A stretch of DNA of 64,000 nt from Candidatus Moraniibacteriota bacterium (GTDB lineage: Bacteria > Patescibacteriota > Minisyncoccia > Moranbacterales > UBA1568). Made by a program: the position numbers and the translations under genes. The stretch lies in contig CAVURJ010000002.1 of NCBI GenBank assembly GCA_963743885.1, positions 109,020 to 173,019 on the forward strand, read 5' to 3'. The notes beneath the pieces were generated by a model. The model was not told the origin of the DNA. It did no database searches and saw only the letters and a list, made by a program, of their open reading frames with translations. This document shows positions 19,409 through 30,378 of this stretch, one piece after another. Numbering within the stretch: position 1 is the first letter of the stretch; the number at the start of each line of letters is the position of its first letter.

Positions 19409-20863
19409 ATGCAGATCTTTTCACCGTTCGAAGGCCTCGCTATTTTGGCGGGCTATGCGGCCGTCATTTCGTCTATCGTCTGGTTTTTCTCGCGCGGGTT
19501 CATTTTCAGCAAGCTGAGTTTTCTCGTTGCGAAACGAGAAATCGGCATGGTGCCGGCTGCGTTTTCCATCGCAGCTGCCTGGATCTGGGCGCCGGCCTTG
19601 TTCGTTTCGGCGGAAAAGGCGTACACCCAGGGTTGGATCGGGCTGTTCTGGTTCCTCGTTCCCAATATGGGGTGCCTGATCCTCTTCTCGTTCTTCGCCA
19701 AGCGATTGCGCGAACTTTTTCCCGAGGGCTACACGCTTTCCGGGTACATGCGCAAGCGGCATTCGGAACGGGTGCAGAATGTCTATCTCGTGGCATTTTC
19801 CGGTCTGGCCGTGTGCTCATTTGCGGTCCAGCTACTTGCTGGAGGGAAGATCATCTCATCGCTTACGGGGCTGCCATACTTCTGGGTGACAGTACTATTG
19901 GCGCTCATCCCCGTTGGGTATTCGCTGTATGCCGGTCTCAAGGCATCCATCATCAGCGACTTCCTGCTTATGGCGGTGATGTTGTTCCTGGGGGGAACAG
20001 TGGTCTTGTCAGCAGTGTCTGCTGGCGGCGGTTTCGAAGTGGTGATGAACGGCATGAACGGAAAGAGTGGCACGTATACAGACCTGTTTTCCGGCGACGG
20101 ACTGAATGTCTTTCTGACGTTTGGCATCCCGGTGACTATCGGTCTCCTCTCTGGTCCGTTCGGTGATCAGAGTTTCTGGCAGCGATCGTTCGCGATCAAA
20201 CGTCCGTCCGTCCAGCCGGCGTTCATAGCGTCAGCGTTCATTTTCGGGGCGGTGCCGCTCATGCTCTCAATGCTCGGATTCTTGGCAGCTGGTTTGGGGA
20301 TGGACGTGAAGAATACCGCTCAGGTGAATATGGAGACGGTATCGGCTTTGCTGCCCGTCTGGGTAATCATCCCATTTCTGTTTCTGCTTTTCTCTGGGCT
20401 GGTGTCGACGCTCGATTCCAATCTGTCGGCGTTGTCTAGTCTTTCGGGGCATGACGTGCTCTCACGGGTGAAGCGGGGCGTCGAAGAGCATGATCGGAAG
20501 GATGTCATGGGGTACTCGCGGTGGGCAATGGTGGCTCTGGTGATCGGCGGTATCGCGATTGCCAATATTCCGGGCCTTACCATTCTCTATCTGTTCCTGT
20601 TCTATGGGACGCTCCGGGCATCGACGCTCCTTCCGACCATCATCACGCTGCTGAAGAAAGAGGTGAGTGAGAAGGGGGTGTACTGGGGGATCATTGTATC
20701 TCTCACGTGCGGTCTGCCAATCTTCGCTTACGGCAACCTGAACAAGATCGCTCTGATGATCATCGTCGGCTCCTTGTTTACGGTACTGGCTTCGGGTATC
20801 ATCACGCTCGCGGCGAGCGCGTATGAGAACTGGCGTCGACGGAAGTTCGCAGAGATGGTCTGA
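19409..20863 (+). CDS. Sodium:solute symporter family transporter
   Basis: About 13 TM helices; SIAAAWIWAPAL, DQSFWQR, STLDSNL motifs; AAGGAGGT RBS. Confidence 0.88.
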   Translation: MQIFSPFEGLAILAGYAAVISSIVWFFSRGFIFSKLSFLVAKREIGMVPAAFSIAAAWIWAPALFVSAEKAYTQGWIGLFWFLVPNMGCLILFSFFAKRLRELFPEGYTLSGYMRKRHSERVQNVYLVAFSGLAVCSFAVQLLAGGKIISSLTGLPYFWVTVLLALIPVGYSLYAGLKASIISDFLLMAVMLFLGGTVVLSAVSAGGGFEVVMNGMNGKSGTYTDLFSGDGLNVFLTFGIPVTIGLLSGPFGDQSFWQRSFAIKRPSVQPAFIASAFIFGAVPLMLSMLGFLAAGLGMDVKNTAQVNMETVSALLPVWVIIPFLFLLFSGLVSTLDSNLSALSSLSGHDVLSRVKRGVEEHDRKDVMGYSRWAMVALVIGGIAIANIPGLTILYLFLFYGTLRASTLLPTIITLLKKEVSEKGVYWGIIVSLTCGLPIFAYGNLNKIALMIIVGSLFTVLASGIITLAASAYENWRRRKFAEMV

Positions 20864-20912
20864 TCGAGAAGCATCTCATGAGGAGAGTGGATAGTTATCC
20901 GCCCTCCTCTTT

Positions 20913-21023
20913 TTCTTGCCAAGTGCAGCGCAGGTAAAATCGGGTCAGTATCCCACGCTCGTTTCGCTGGCTGTGGAGAGCCTTGATTCAGGGCCCTTGC
21001 CTCAGGGTCTTAATACCCGTTAT
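20913..21023. repeat. Family A element, copy 2
   Basis: GCAGGTAAAATCGGGT...AATACCCGTTAT. Confidence 0.7.
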
Positions 21024-21047
21024 AATAAGGGAGACAAGGTGTCTCTA

Positions 21048-23627
21048 ATGAAAGTATTAACGAACGCACGTATGCAGTCCGAGAAGCCCTCGTTTGCCCG
21101 GTTCGGCAGCAGCGGTAGTTTTTCCGCTCCGGCTCGTCCGTCGGCGAATCCATCTGTCGCGCCGCAGGGCGCTCCCGAGTCTCGCCCGTCTAAGGCGGCG
21201 GTGATGTTTGATGCGCTGGTCTCCGTAAGCCTGGTCGCGCTATTCTTCGGCCTTCCGATTTTCTTTACCGGGTTGACGCTGCAGGGGCTTGCGTTTGAGA
21301 AACAGATTTATTTCTATTTCTGGATTCTCGTTGGCGCGGTCGCCTGGGTTTCAAGAGGGGTCATTCTCGGCGAGATGAAGATTCGCCGTACCCCGCTCGA
21401 TATCCCGATAGCGTTGTTTGTCGCGGCGTATGTCCTCGCAGCATTCTTTTCAGTGGACCGCTGGCATAGCTTCTGGGGATTCTTCGGCGATCCGTCGCGC
21501 GGTGTCGTATCGGTCATCGCGCTCGCGCTCGCCTATTACCTCATCATGAGCCATTTCACGCAGAAGCGTTTCGCGTGGATGTTCGGCTCGTTCCTCGCCT
21601 CCGGGTTCTTGGTGACGCTTTGGAGTCTATTGGTCGTCATGAAAGTCCGCTTCTTGCCAGCGGCGTTCGAGCAGTTCGCGCCGCTCAGCCTGATGGGAAC
21701 TATCACGTCGCTTACGCTTTTTCTCGCACTGCTCATTCCGCTTTTTGTGACAGCGCTCTTCCTGCTCTGGCAGGATGGGGCTCTGGCAAAGAGTGTCCGA
21801 CGAAATGTTCTGACAGGAGCTGTGATTGTCGGGTTGACGCTCGCGCTTTTCCTGCTCCTCACTCTGTATTCATATGTGCCGTGGGTCGCGGTACTCGGCG
21901 GCTTCGCTGTCCTTCTCGTATATATCCTGGCACAGATTGTTCGTCCGGCTGAACAGTGGACGTGGGTGCCGATGCTCGTGTTCGTCTTCATGCTCGCCTT
22001 CCTCATGATTGGTAAGAACGGCCTCGCGCGTGCGCAGCTGCCGATCGAGATCGCACCGAAACTCAACCTGTCTTGGCAGGTGGCCAAGGAATCGGCGAAG
22101 GAGCATTTCCTCTTCGGCGTCGGTCCGGCCCAGTATGGCTATGCATTCTCCATGTTCCGACCACAAGAATATAATGCGAATGCGCTTTACACCATGCGCT
22201 TCTTCCAGGGGACTGGTTTGTTCCCGGAGGCTGTTTCGTCGGTGGGCGCTATCGGGACGGTCCTATTGGCTGTGCTCTTTCTCTCCTTCCTTTCGATCAG
22301 TCTCTATCTCCTTACACATGAGAAGCAGCGCAACAAGATTCGTTCGCTTGGACTACTCTCGGCTTCCGCGGTACTCGTCATCGCCTCATGTGTCTCGGTG
22401 GTGAACGGCCCGCTCCTTCTCGTTGGGGTGCTGTTGGCGACACTCTCGCTCGCGACACTGCTTTGGGAGAGCGGATCTGAAGAACGTTATCTCCAGCTAT
22501 CGTTCAAGGCATCGCCGAAGTTCGCTCTCGCCCTTGCCTTCATCTTCATGGTGGTATCGGCCGGTGTAGCGTTCCTCTTCGTCTTCATGGGAAAGGTATT
22601 CGTCGCTGATGCGTATGCCGGGAAGGCATCGCGTTTGTCGGCTATGCAGCAGGGAGCAGATGCTGCCAAGGTATTGGTTCAGGCGGTCAAGATGTATCCG
22701 CAGGAGGGACGTTATTATACCCGTATCGGTCAGGAGTACATGGCCCTGGCCAATGTTGAGGCAGCGAAGCCGGAAAATGATCGAGATACTACCCGGATTG
22801 AGTTTTATGTCCGTGAGGCGGTCAGGGATGCCGAGATCGGCAAGATGATGATGCCGAATGATGTGATGGCGGTGGAGTCGCTCGCGCTCGTCTATGAGAA
22901 TAGCAGTATCTACGCCAAGGATGCTCTCGCCAAGTCCGAAGAATATTATCGCCGCGCTTTGGAGCTTGAGCCGCACAACCCGATTTATTCCGTCAAGCTG
23001 GCCCAGATCAAGAAGGCGTCAGCCGATGCGATCAAAGAAGAGACGGCTGATCGTACGGCGCTTTATGTCGAAGCGAAAAACCTTTTCGAACAGGCAATCA
23101 GCGAAAAAGAGAATCTGGCCTCGGCTCATTATGGGCTCGCTCTGACACACTCCGTGCTCAAGGAGACTGATCAGGCGATCGAGAGCGCTTCGCATGCCGT
23201 ATCGTTTGAGAAGAACAATCTGAACTACCAGTATAATCTCGGGGCGCTCTATCAATTGCGCAATAAGGATGATGATCGCGATCGTGCTGAAGCTCTCTTC
23301 AGGGGAATCCTGGAGAAGAATCCGAAACTGATCGATGTCCGTCTCTCGCTCGGTATTCTGTATGAGCAACAGAATAGGAAGAATGAGGCGACCGCCCAGT
23401 ATCAGGAGATTGTCAGTCTCATACCGGCTGATGTCGAAGGGGCAGCGAAGCAGACGCGTGAACAGGTGGAGAAGTTCATCCAGAATGTGAAGAGCGGGAC
23501 AGGTAATCTGAAGAAGGCCGCGGAAGCGGTCGCACCGTTCACCTCAGAGCAGGTGCCGGCTGGTCCAGCTTTAGCCGTTCCGTCTGATCCGAATGCCTCG
23601 CCGCTCGCTCCAGAGGCTGGTCAGTAG
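21048..23627 (+). CDS. O-antigen ligase/Wzy_C-like membrane protein with C-terminal TPRs (possible pilin glycosylation OTase)
   Basis: Multi-TM N-terminus, FLFGVGPAQY motif, C-terminal TPR array. Confidence 0.75.
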   Translation: MKVLTNARMQSEKPSFARFGSSGSFSAPARPSANPSVAPQGAPESRPSKAAVMFDALVSVSLVALFFGLPIFFTGLTLQGLAFEKQIYFYFWILVGAVAWVSRGVILGEMKIRRTPLDIPIALFVAAYVLAAFFSVDRWHSFWGFFGDPSRGVVSVIALALAYYLIMSHFTQKRFAWMFGSFLASGFLVTLWSLLVVMKVRFLPAAFEQFAPLSLMGTITSLTLFLALLIPLFVTALFLLWQDGALAKSVRRNVLTGAVIVGLTLALFLLLTLYSYVPWVAVLGGFAVLLVYILAQIVRPAEQWTWVPMLVFVFMLAFLMIGKNGLARAQLPIEIAPKLNLSWQVAKESAKEHFLFGVGPAQYGYAFSMFRPQEYNANALYTMRFFQGTGLFPEAVSSVGAIGTVLLAVLFLSFLSISLYLLTHEKQRNKIRSLGLLSASAVLVIASCVSVVNGPLLLVGVLLATLSLATLLWESGSEERYLQLSFKASPKFALALAFIFMVVSAGVAFLFVFMGKVFVADAYAGKASRLSAMQQGADAAKVLVQAVKMYPQEGRYYTRIGQEYMALANVEAAKPENDRDTTRIEFYVREAVRDAEIGKMMMPNDVMAVESLALVYENSSIYAKDALAKSEEYYRRALELEPHNPIYSVKLAQIKKASADAIKEETADRTALYVEAKNLFEQAISEKENLASAHYGLALTHSVLKETDQAIESASHAVSFEKNNLNYQYNLGALYQLRNKDDDRDRAEALFRGILEKNPKLIDVRLSLGILYEQQNRKNEATAQYQEIVSLIPADVEGAAKQTREQVEKFIQNVKSGTGNLKKAAEAVAPFTSEQVPAGPALAVPSDPNASPLAPEAGQ

Positions 23628-23644
23628 AGGAAAATGACGTTCCA

Positions 23645-23679
23645 ATCCGCCTGCCCTTCGGGTAGGCGGATTTCCTTTT
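23645..23679 (+). terminator. Rho-independent terminator-like hairpin
   Basis: AATCCGCCTGCCC-TTC-GGGTAGGCGGATT followed by a T-rich tract. Confidence 0.6.
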
Positions 23680-23804
23680 GTGGCTGTTCGGAGCTGGTTT
23701 TTCTAGTGTTCAGTATTTTTGGCTTAGAATAGGTATTTTTTTGAGCAAAATACGCCGATCAGAAAGGGAGTGCTTTCTTGTAGGGAAGGATATCGCTGGC
23801 CCCC

Positions 23805-23833
23805 TTGACATCTTTTCATGGATTGCGTAAGAT
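23805..23833 (+). promoter_or_regulatory. Sigma70 promoter of the 23S-5S unit
   Basis: TTGACA-17nt-TAAGAT about 480 nt upstream of the 23S gene. Confidence 0.7.
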
Positions 23834-24814
23834 GGATATTACGAGCCAAAAAGACGTATGACATACGGATTTCTCGGCTCATACAGATACTGCATGAACA
23901 TCAACCGGACAATCTAAACGTCAGCGTATTGTGAAGAGATGATAGTCTCTCCGCGAGGAGAGATTTTCATTTCCGCATAAGCGCCTTAACAATTCATGTC
24001 TTTTCTGAGATGGTCATGTTTCGCCTGGCAGCGGAAAGCGAACGGGTTATCTTGGAATAGTCTAAATGATGTAAGGTCAAGCTCATGAGATCTTCGCAGA
24101 TCTCATGAACAAGCAATTCAACCGATAGTGCAGTATGCTGTTGCGCGGACTGATGCGGACTGGAACGGACTGATGCGGAATTTCTGCATAGGTCTGTGTA
24201 AAGTCAGTATTGGTCAGCACATTGAGCGTTCTTCACTGTCAACCGATTGTCCGTGAGTACTTTCATCATAGCGTCGCAAGACGCCGTGATGGAATATTTG
24301 CGGACAATGGAATCAAGAAGGTTACTTAACGCATGGTGTGGATGCCTTGACTGAAGCAAGCGATGAAGGACGTAGGAGGCTGCGATAAGCCTCGGGGAGC
24401 TGTCAAGCAAGCTTTGATCCGGGGATTTCCGAATGGGATAACCCTTCCGATCTTCATGACGGAAAACCGTATCTGAATACATAGGGTACCGAAGCAAACC
24501 CTGGGAATTGAAACATCTTAGTACCAGGAGGAAAAGAAATCAATAGAGATTCCGTAAGTAGTGGCGAGCGAACGCGGAACAGCCTAAACCACCGAGCTTG
24601 CTCGAGTGGGGTTGCAGGGCTTGTGGACTCGATTGATCGGGGTCACTGCAGTGTTGCTAGCAGAACGTTCTGGAAAGAACGACCATAGAGGGTAATAGTC
24701 CCGTATGCGAAAACGATACTGCACTGATGCACAAGTACCTAAGTAGGGCGGGACCGGAGAAATCCCGTTTGAATCTGGGAGCACTAACTTCCAAGGCTAA
24801 ATATTGCTTCAGAT

Positions 24815-24851
<37 letters not shown>

Positions 24852-24910
24852 CATCCCGATAAGGGAGGTGAAATAGATCTGAAACCCTATGCTAACAAAG
24901 AGTCGGAGCC

Positions 24911-25107
24911 GTCGCATCACACTGCGTGTGATGCTAAATTCAAAATGCAAATTTCAAAAAATGTAAAACTTTGGTTCTTGCTGAGCAAGTCGGACAATTT
25001 ATACTGAATAATCTAAAAATCCGTAAGCGTAGCGAACATAATAATTTTGATTTTTGATTTTTAAATTTTGATTTTAGCGAACATCACGCATAGCGTGATG
25101 CGAGCGG
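24911..25107 (+). other. Intervening sequence in 23S helix 25 (about 195 nt hairpin)
   Basis: Extra sequence between GAGTCGGAGC and GTGACGGCGTGCTTTT; self-complementary arms with AT-rich heptamer repeats. Confidence 0.75.
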
Positions 25108-26452
25108 TGACGGCGTGCTTTTTGCAGAACGATCCAACGAGTTAGTTCTACGCGGCTGTCTAAGGGATGACGAATTCCGGAGACATAGTGAAAGCGAGCC
25201 TGAATAGGGCGAATATGGTCGCGTGGACTAGACCCGAAGCCAGGCGAGCTACATATGAGCAGGGTGAAGCGCGGGTAAAACCACGAGGAGGCCCGAACCC
25301 ACTCAGCCGTGCAACACTAGGGGATGACTTGTGAGTAGGGGAGAAATTCCAATCGAGCTTGGCAATAGCTGGTTCTCTCCGAAATAGCTTGAGGGCTAGC
25401 GTCTTGTAAATTATACCCGAGAGGTAGAGCTACTGGATGAGAATTCGCGGTTCGCCGTAGGCTTTTCAACCAAACTCCGAATACTCGAGGTACGTATCCA
25501 AGGCAGTCAGTACTCCGGGGCTAAGCTCGGAGCACAAAAGGGAAACAGCCCAGATCGTCAGTCTAAGGTCCCTAAATCTATGTTAAGTGGGAAAGGAAGT
25601 GAAGTTTCTTAGACACCTAGGAGGTTGGCTTAGAAGCAGCCATCCTTTAAAGAGTGCGTAACAGCTCACTAGTCTAGAGACTTCGCGCCGAAAATGTAAC
25701 GGGGCTAAACATAGTACCGAAGCTACGGATTTTATCGCAAGATAAAGTGGTAGGAGAGCGTTCCGTATGCGCTGAAGCGGAAGGGTGACCAACCGTGGAG
25801 CGTATGGAAGTGAGAATGTTGGAATGAGTAACCGCAATGAGGGTGAGAGCCCCTCACACCGAAAGTCTAAGGTTTCCTGGGCAATGGTGATCATCCCAGG
25901 GTTAGTCGGTCCTAAGGCGAGGCCGAAAGGCGTAGTCGATGGACATCAGGTTAATATTCCTGAACTATTTGTATATTCGATGGAGAGACGCATCTCTGTA
26001 TCTCTTGCCCCTTATTGGATTGGGGTATGCGTATTGAGGACGTTGTACAGGCAAATCCGCACAGACATAGTCCAATGGATGGTTGGACGACGTCTGTAGC
26101 AATACCGGCGAAGAACGAAGTGGAGCAGGGTGCCAGGAAAATCTTCTAAGGTTAGTATACAGATATCCGTACCGCAAACCGACACAGGTGGACTGGGCGA
26201 GTAGCCTAAGGTGAACGGGAGAGCCTTCGTTAAGGAACTCGGCAAAAAAGCTAGGCGTAAGTTCGCAATATGCCTTGCCATCCGCAAGGGTGGCCGCAGC
26301 GAAAGTTTCCCAAGCGACTGTTTACCAAAAACACAGCTCTCTGCAAACCCGTAAGGGGAAGTATAGGGGGTGACACCTGACCAGTGCTGGAACGTTAACG
26401 GGAGCGGTGCACGCCAATCCCCGAAGCGCCAGTGAACGTCGGCGATAACTAT

Positions 26453-27246
26453 AGAACGATTGTAGTTATAAAATTTGGCCAAATGCTGGAAACTCCGAAT
26501 GAACCGATATGTACTCGCCTGAAATAAATGGCAGTGAAAATCAGTATCAGTGAGAGTATCGCGGGATACGAGTCGGACAATCAGCAGGAAAGACTCTTAT
26601 GCAAGATGACCAATGGTTGAAACAAGATTCCACCTGAAGTGGGCCACTATTTAGCTGGTTTCGCAGATGGGGAAGGAAGTTTCATAGTCAGTTTACGACA
26701 GCGACCGTGATCATACACTTGGTTGGCAAGTCGTCCTCACTTTCAATGTAGCTCAAAAGGAGAGCTATATCCTTTCGCAATTCAAAAGATATTTGGGTTG
26801 TGGAAGACTACAAGAAAGGAAAGATGGCGTGTTCTACTACGTGTGTGCCAATCCGCAATCGATTCAGGAGAAAGTAATTCCTTTTTTCAAGCGATGTCGA
26901 ATTTCGATCGCAGAGAAAAAAGAAAAATTTCGCTGTTTTCTGTCGTATTGTAGAGAAAGTTTTCAACAAAGAGCATCTGACTGGAAGCCGGGCTGAATGA
27001 AATCATCAGGTTACGTGAAGAGCTCAATGACGGTCGGGGACGCAGGCGAAAGTTTGCGCTCACTGATTATGAAAACTTTCAAAAAGAGAATCCTCAGAGA
27101 CTATACGCCAAACCACGGGCCTTCCGGAAGGAAAGCCATGCTGGATGATATAGTCCGATCTCATGGGTAACTATGAGTTTGATCTCCTGCTATCAATAGA
27201 GATCGAAAAGGTAAAGAAGCGAATTCTTTCTGAACACAGGTGCACG
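26453..27246 (+). mobile_element. Group I intron at 23S position L1917
   Basis: Interrupts GATAACTAT^AATCGTCCTAAGG; IGS ACGATTGTAGTTAT pairs with both exons; P/Q/R/S AAATGCTGGAAA, AATCAGCAGG, TCAGAGACTATA, GATATAGTCC; ends in G. Confidence 0.92.
26599..27148 (+). pseudogene. Single-motif LAGLIDADG homing endonuclease, frameshifted
   Basis: YLAGFADGEGSF, FNVAQK, LGCG, KVIPFF, KEHLT in successive frames; four +1 shifts needed to join them. Confidence 0.85.
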
Positions 27247-27535
27247 AATCGTCCTAAGGTAGCGAAATTCCTTGGCAGGTAAGTTCTGACCCGCATCAAA
27301 GGCGTAACGACTTGAAAACTGTCTCAACGAAGAGCTCGGTGAAATTGCAATGACGGTAAAGATGCCGTCGACCTGCAGCAAGACGAAAAGACCCCGTGGA
27401 GCTTTACTACAACTTGGTATTGACTTTGAGTTTTTGTTGCCGAGCATAGGTGGGAGACTTTGAAGCGCCGCTTTGGTCGGGTGGAGTCATCAGTGTAATA
27501 CCACCCTGTATGATTTTAAACGCTAACCCTGGACT

Positions 27536-27630
27536 GTTATGAGTAACGAAACTTATACGAACCAGCAAATGCAATATGATCAGTTATTCTGATTGTATTC
27601 TGCGCGCTCATAAATTTCTCGAGTTTCATA
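27536..27630 (+). other. IVS/expansion in the 23S helix 79 region (about 95 nt)
   Basis: Extra sequence between CTAACCCTGGACTG and CAGTCCGGGGACAGTG. Confidence 0.65.
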
Positions 27631-27650
27631 CCAGTCCGGGGACAGTGCCT

Positions 27651-27686
<36 letters not shown>

Positions 27687-27847
27687 GGCAACGGAGGCGT
27701 TTACAAAGGTTGGCTAGGTCCGGATGGAAATCGGACCGATAGTGCAAAAGCATAAGCCAGCTTTACTGAGAGACCCATCAGTCGATCAGTTACGAAAGTA
27801 GAATTTAGTGAACCGACCATCGCTTATAGGAGCGTGGAAGATCATCA

Positions 27848-27880
<33 letters not shown>

Positions 27881-27906
27881 CCTCCCAAGAGTCCACATCG
27901 ACGGAG

Positions 27907-27966
<60 letters not shown>

Positions 27967-28012
27967 TGGCTGTTCGCCAATTAAAGCGGTACGCGAGCTG
28001 GGTTCAAACCGT

Positions 28013-28491
28013 ACAGTAGTTATAAAGTGAAAAGTTGAAGGTTTTTAAAGTGTATTCTTGCTTTAGAGACTTGATAACTTGACGGACTTTTGACTCTTGT
28101 ACAGTTTGAACCCCGAGGTGGTTTGCGACATCAAATGGGTTTTTCGTCTTTGAAAAAGTCCTGACATAACAGTCAGGTCCCGACTATCATCATGTTGGGA
28201 ATAGATAACCAATCACATCACGGCGGTACTTTCTTTGTAGAAAGTAACAAGCTGACTTATATCGGTGGAGCCCTTCACGAAACGAAGGGTCATACCGAGG
28301 GAAGAAGATGGTTGAAAGTTTTTAAAGTTCATAAAGTTGAAAGTAAATACGAATTCGTGTTCACTTGATAAACTTTTTAACTTTATACTTGATAAACTAA
28401 ATTCGCCTGTAGAGACTAAACGTCAGCAGTCTTCTGAGCAATCAGGAGATGAAGCTATAGTCCAATGCACTTGGTAACAAGTGGTAACATG
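28013..28491 (+). mobile_element. Group I intron at 23S position L2593, no ORF
   Basis: Interrupts CAAACCGT^CGTGAGACAG; ATATCGGTGGA, ATACCGAGG, GTAGAGACTAAA, GCTATAGTCC core elements; terminal G. Confidence 0.9.
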
Positions 28492-28634
28492 CGTGAGACA
28501 GGTTGGTTTCCTATCTGCTGTGGGCGTGTGTGGCTTGAGAGAACTCTTCCTTAGTACGAGAGGACCGGGAAGAACGAACCTCTGGTGTATCTGCTGTTCC
28601 GCCAGGAGCATCGCAGAGTGGCTATGTTCGGGCA

Positions 28635-28667
<33 letters not shown>

Positions 28668-28687
28668 GAGCTCAAGATAAGGCCATA

Positions 28688-28812
28688 CCCCTCACTTGAT
28701 TTGCGTAGCATTCATATGCAAGCGATCAGTGAGCTCTTCTCTCGAAATCAGAGAGTGGATAACTGGTGATTCGTGGTAACCATGTAGGTTATAACGCAAA
28801 TCAAGTGAGGGG
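28688..28812 (+). mobile_element. 125-nt IVS in 23S helix 98 bounded by a perfect 19-bp inverted repeat
   Basis: CCCCTCACTTGATTTGCGT ... ACGCAAATCAAGTGAGGGG. Confidence 0.8.
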
Positions 28813-28995
28813 GAATTTCCTAGAAGATGACTAGGTTGATAGGCTACAGGTGGAAGCGTGGCGACATGTTAAGCCAAGTAGTACTAATAAATTCAAACGA
28901 CTTTCTTCGTTCCAGTACGGTTGGCAGTGAAGAATGCTTGAAAAGGGGAGACAGTATATCATTTCAGAGGACAAAGACAATTTTGGAGAGGAGTG

Positions 28996-29106
28996 TTCCC
29001 GGTGTTTCTAGCGATAGGGCCACACCTGTTCCCATACCGAACACAGCCGTTAAGCCTATCAGCGCCGATGGTAGCCATCAAGGCAAGAGTAGGTCAGTGC
29101 CGGGAA
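28996..29106 (+). rRNA. rrf: 5S rRNA
   Basis: CCCATACCGAACACAG..GTTAAG..AGCGCCGATGGTAG..GAGTAGG; terminal stem TTCCCGG/CCGGGAA. Confidence 0.95.
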
Positions 29107-29130
29107 CATTCCTCTTCAAAGAAACGAAGA

Positions 29131-29155
29131 TAGCCTGAACAAGGCTGTTTTTTTG
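29131..29155 (+). terminator. rRNA operon terminator
   Basis: AGCCT-GAACA-AGGCT hairpin followed by a T run. Confidence 0.55.
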
Positions 29156-29177
29156 TGCCCGGATCCCGTATGTCCGA

Positions 29178-29310
29178 GTATGCCCGGTAGTAGAACTTCG
29201 ACCGGCATTAAAGATGGGCCTTGAAAAGAGATTGAAGCGGAATATTAATTGAAAATCGACTTCGGTATCCCCTCAAAGAGATCGTCGAAGTTTCACTGAC
29301 CTAGGTATGC
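29178..29310. repeat. MITE-like element family B, copy 1
   Basis: Imperfect ~25-bp inverted ends GTATGCCCGGTAG..AACTTCGAC / GTCGAAGTT..GGTATGC; similar to 34703..34841. Confidence 0.6.
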
Positions 29311-29423
29311 TATAATTCCTAGTAGCAGAGTCAGAAGCTTCATAAATATGAGGTCTTTTGGTTTCTTGTCTCTTGCTTCCCTGCCTACCGGCAGACAGGT
29401 TATCTCTTATCTCCTCTGAGAAT

Positions 29424-30275
29424 ATGTATTCATCTTCCAGAAAAAAGCGGCAGATTGTCGTCGGCACGGTATTCATCGCTCTCGTGGCGCTGTTTTTTAC
29501 GGGATTTTACTATGCCTTCATCAAGGGTCCGGAGACATGCTTTGACAAGAAGCAGAATCAGGACGAGCAGGACATAGACTGCGGTGGCGTTTGCGCAGCT
29601 GTCTGTGTTGAGAAAATTGAGGCCCAGGATATCAGTATCATCGAGAAGGCGTTCGTGCCGGGTGGCAGCGGCCGTTATGATGCCTTGGTCCGCGTCTACA
29701 ATCCGAATGATATGGTGGGGGCGTCATCGTTCGTCTACACGATCGATCTCAAAGACGCATCGGGCAAGGTGCTCGCGACCCGGACCGGGAAGAGCTACAT
29801 TCTTCCGCAAGAACGAAAGTATATCATGGAAATGGGAATTATTTCGTCAGTTGCGCCAGTTTCGGTTTCAGTTTTGGTGAGCGATGTGCGTTGGGAAAGG
29901 TTTTCTGGATATCAAGAGCGCCCGCAAATCAATATTTATAACAAGCGGTATGGGCTTGCGAGCGACAGCATCAATTTCAGCAGAGCGTCTGGCCTGGTTT
30001 CTAATGAAAGCCCATTTGATTTTCAGTCGGTCATAGTGCGTGTTATTCTTCGTGACCGGGATGGGAGCGTGTTAGCCTTCAATTCAACGGAGCTTCGAAC
30101 CATGAAGTCGCACCAGGAGAGAGAGTTCATCCTTCCATGGCCGGAATCATTTCCAGGAACAGTAGAGAAGACGGAGATGGAAGTGGATGCGGATGTGTAT
30201 CATTCCGATAATTTCACCAAGCAGTATTTTTCTGGCGGAAGATATCAGGAGTTCGCTCCGCCTACTGCATACTAG
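29424..30275 (+). CDS. Membrane-anchored protein with a CFDxxQNQDExxIDCGGxC motif and Ig-like domains
   Basis: N-terminal TM, Cys motif, beta-rich repeats. Confidence 0.75.
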   Translation: MYSSSRKKRQIVVGTVFIALVALFFTGFYYAFIKGPETCFDKKQNQDEQDIDCGGVCAAVCVEKIEAQDISIIEKAFVPGGSGRYDALVRVYNPNDMVGASSFVYTIDLKDASGKVLATRTGKSYILPQERKYIMEMGIISSVAPVSVSVLVSDVRWERFSGYQERPQINIYNKRYGLASDSINFSRASGLVSNESPFDFQSVIVRVILRDRDGSVLAFNSTELRTMKSHQEREFILPWPESFPGTVEKTEMEVDADVYHSDNFTKQYFSGGRYQEFAPPTAY

Positions 30276-30378
30276 GGATAGGTGTTAGGTTGTAGGGTAT
30301 AGGGTGTAGTCGGAAGGGTAATTATCCCTCCGTTTTCTAACCCCTAACCCCTAACCCCTAACCCCCCCCCTAGTCCTG

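Noticed and set aside
30337-30370. Telomere-like (TAACCCC)n tract
   Set aside because: Internal, only four units, and pairs with an upstream G-rich arm, so it belongs to the heptamer hairpin class
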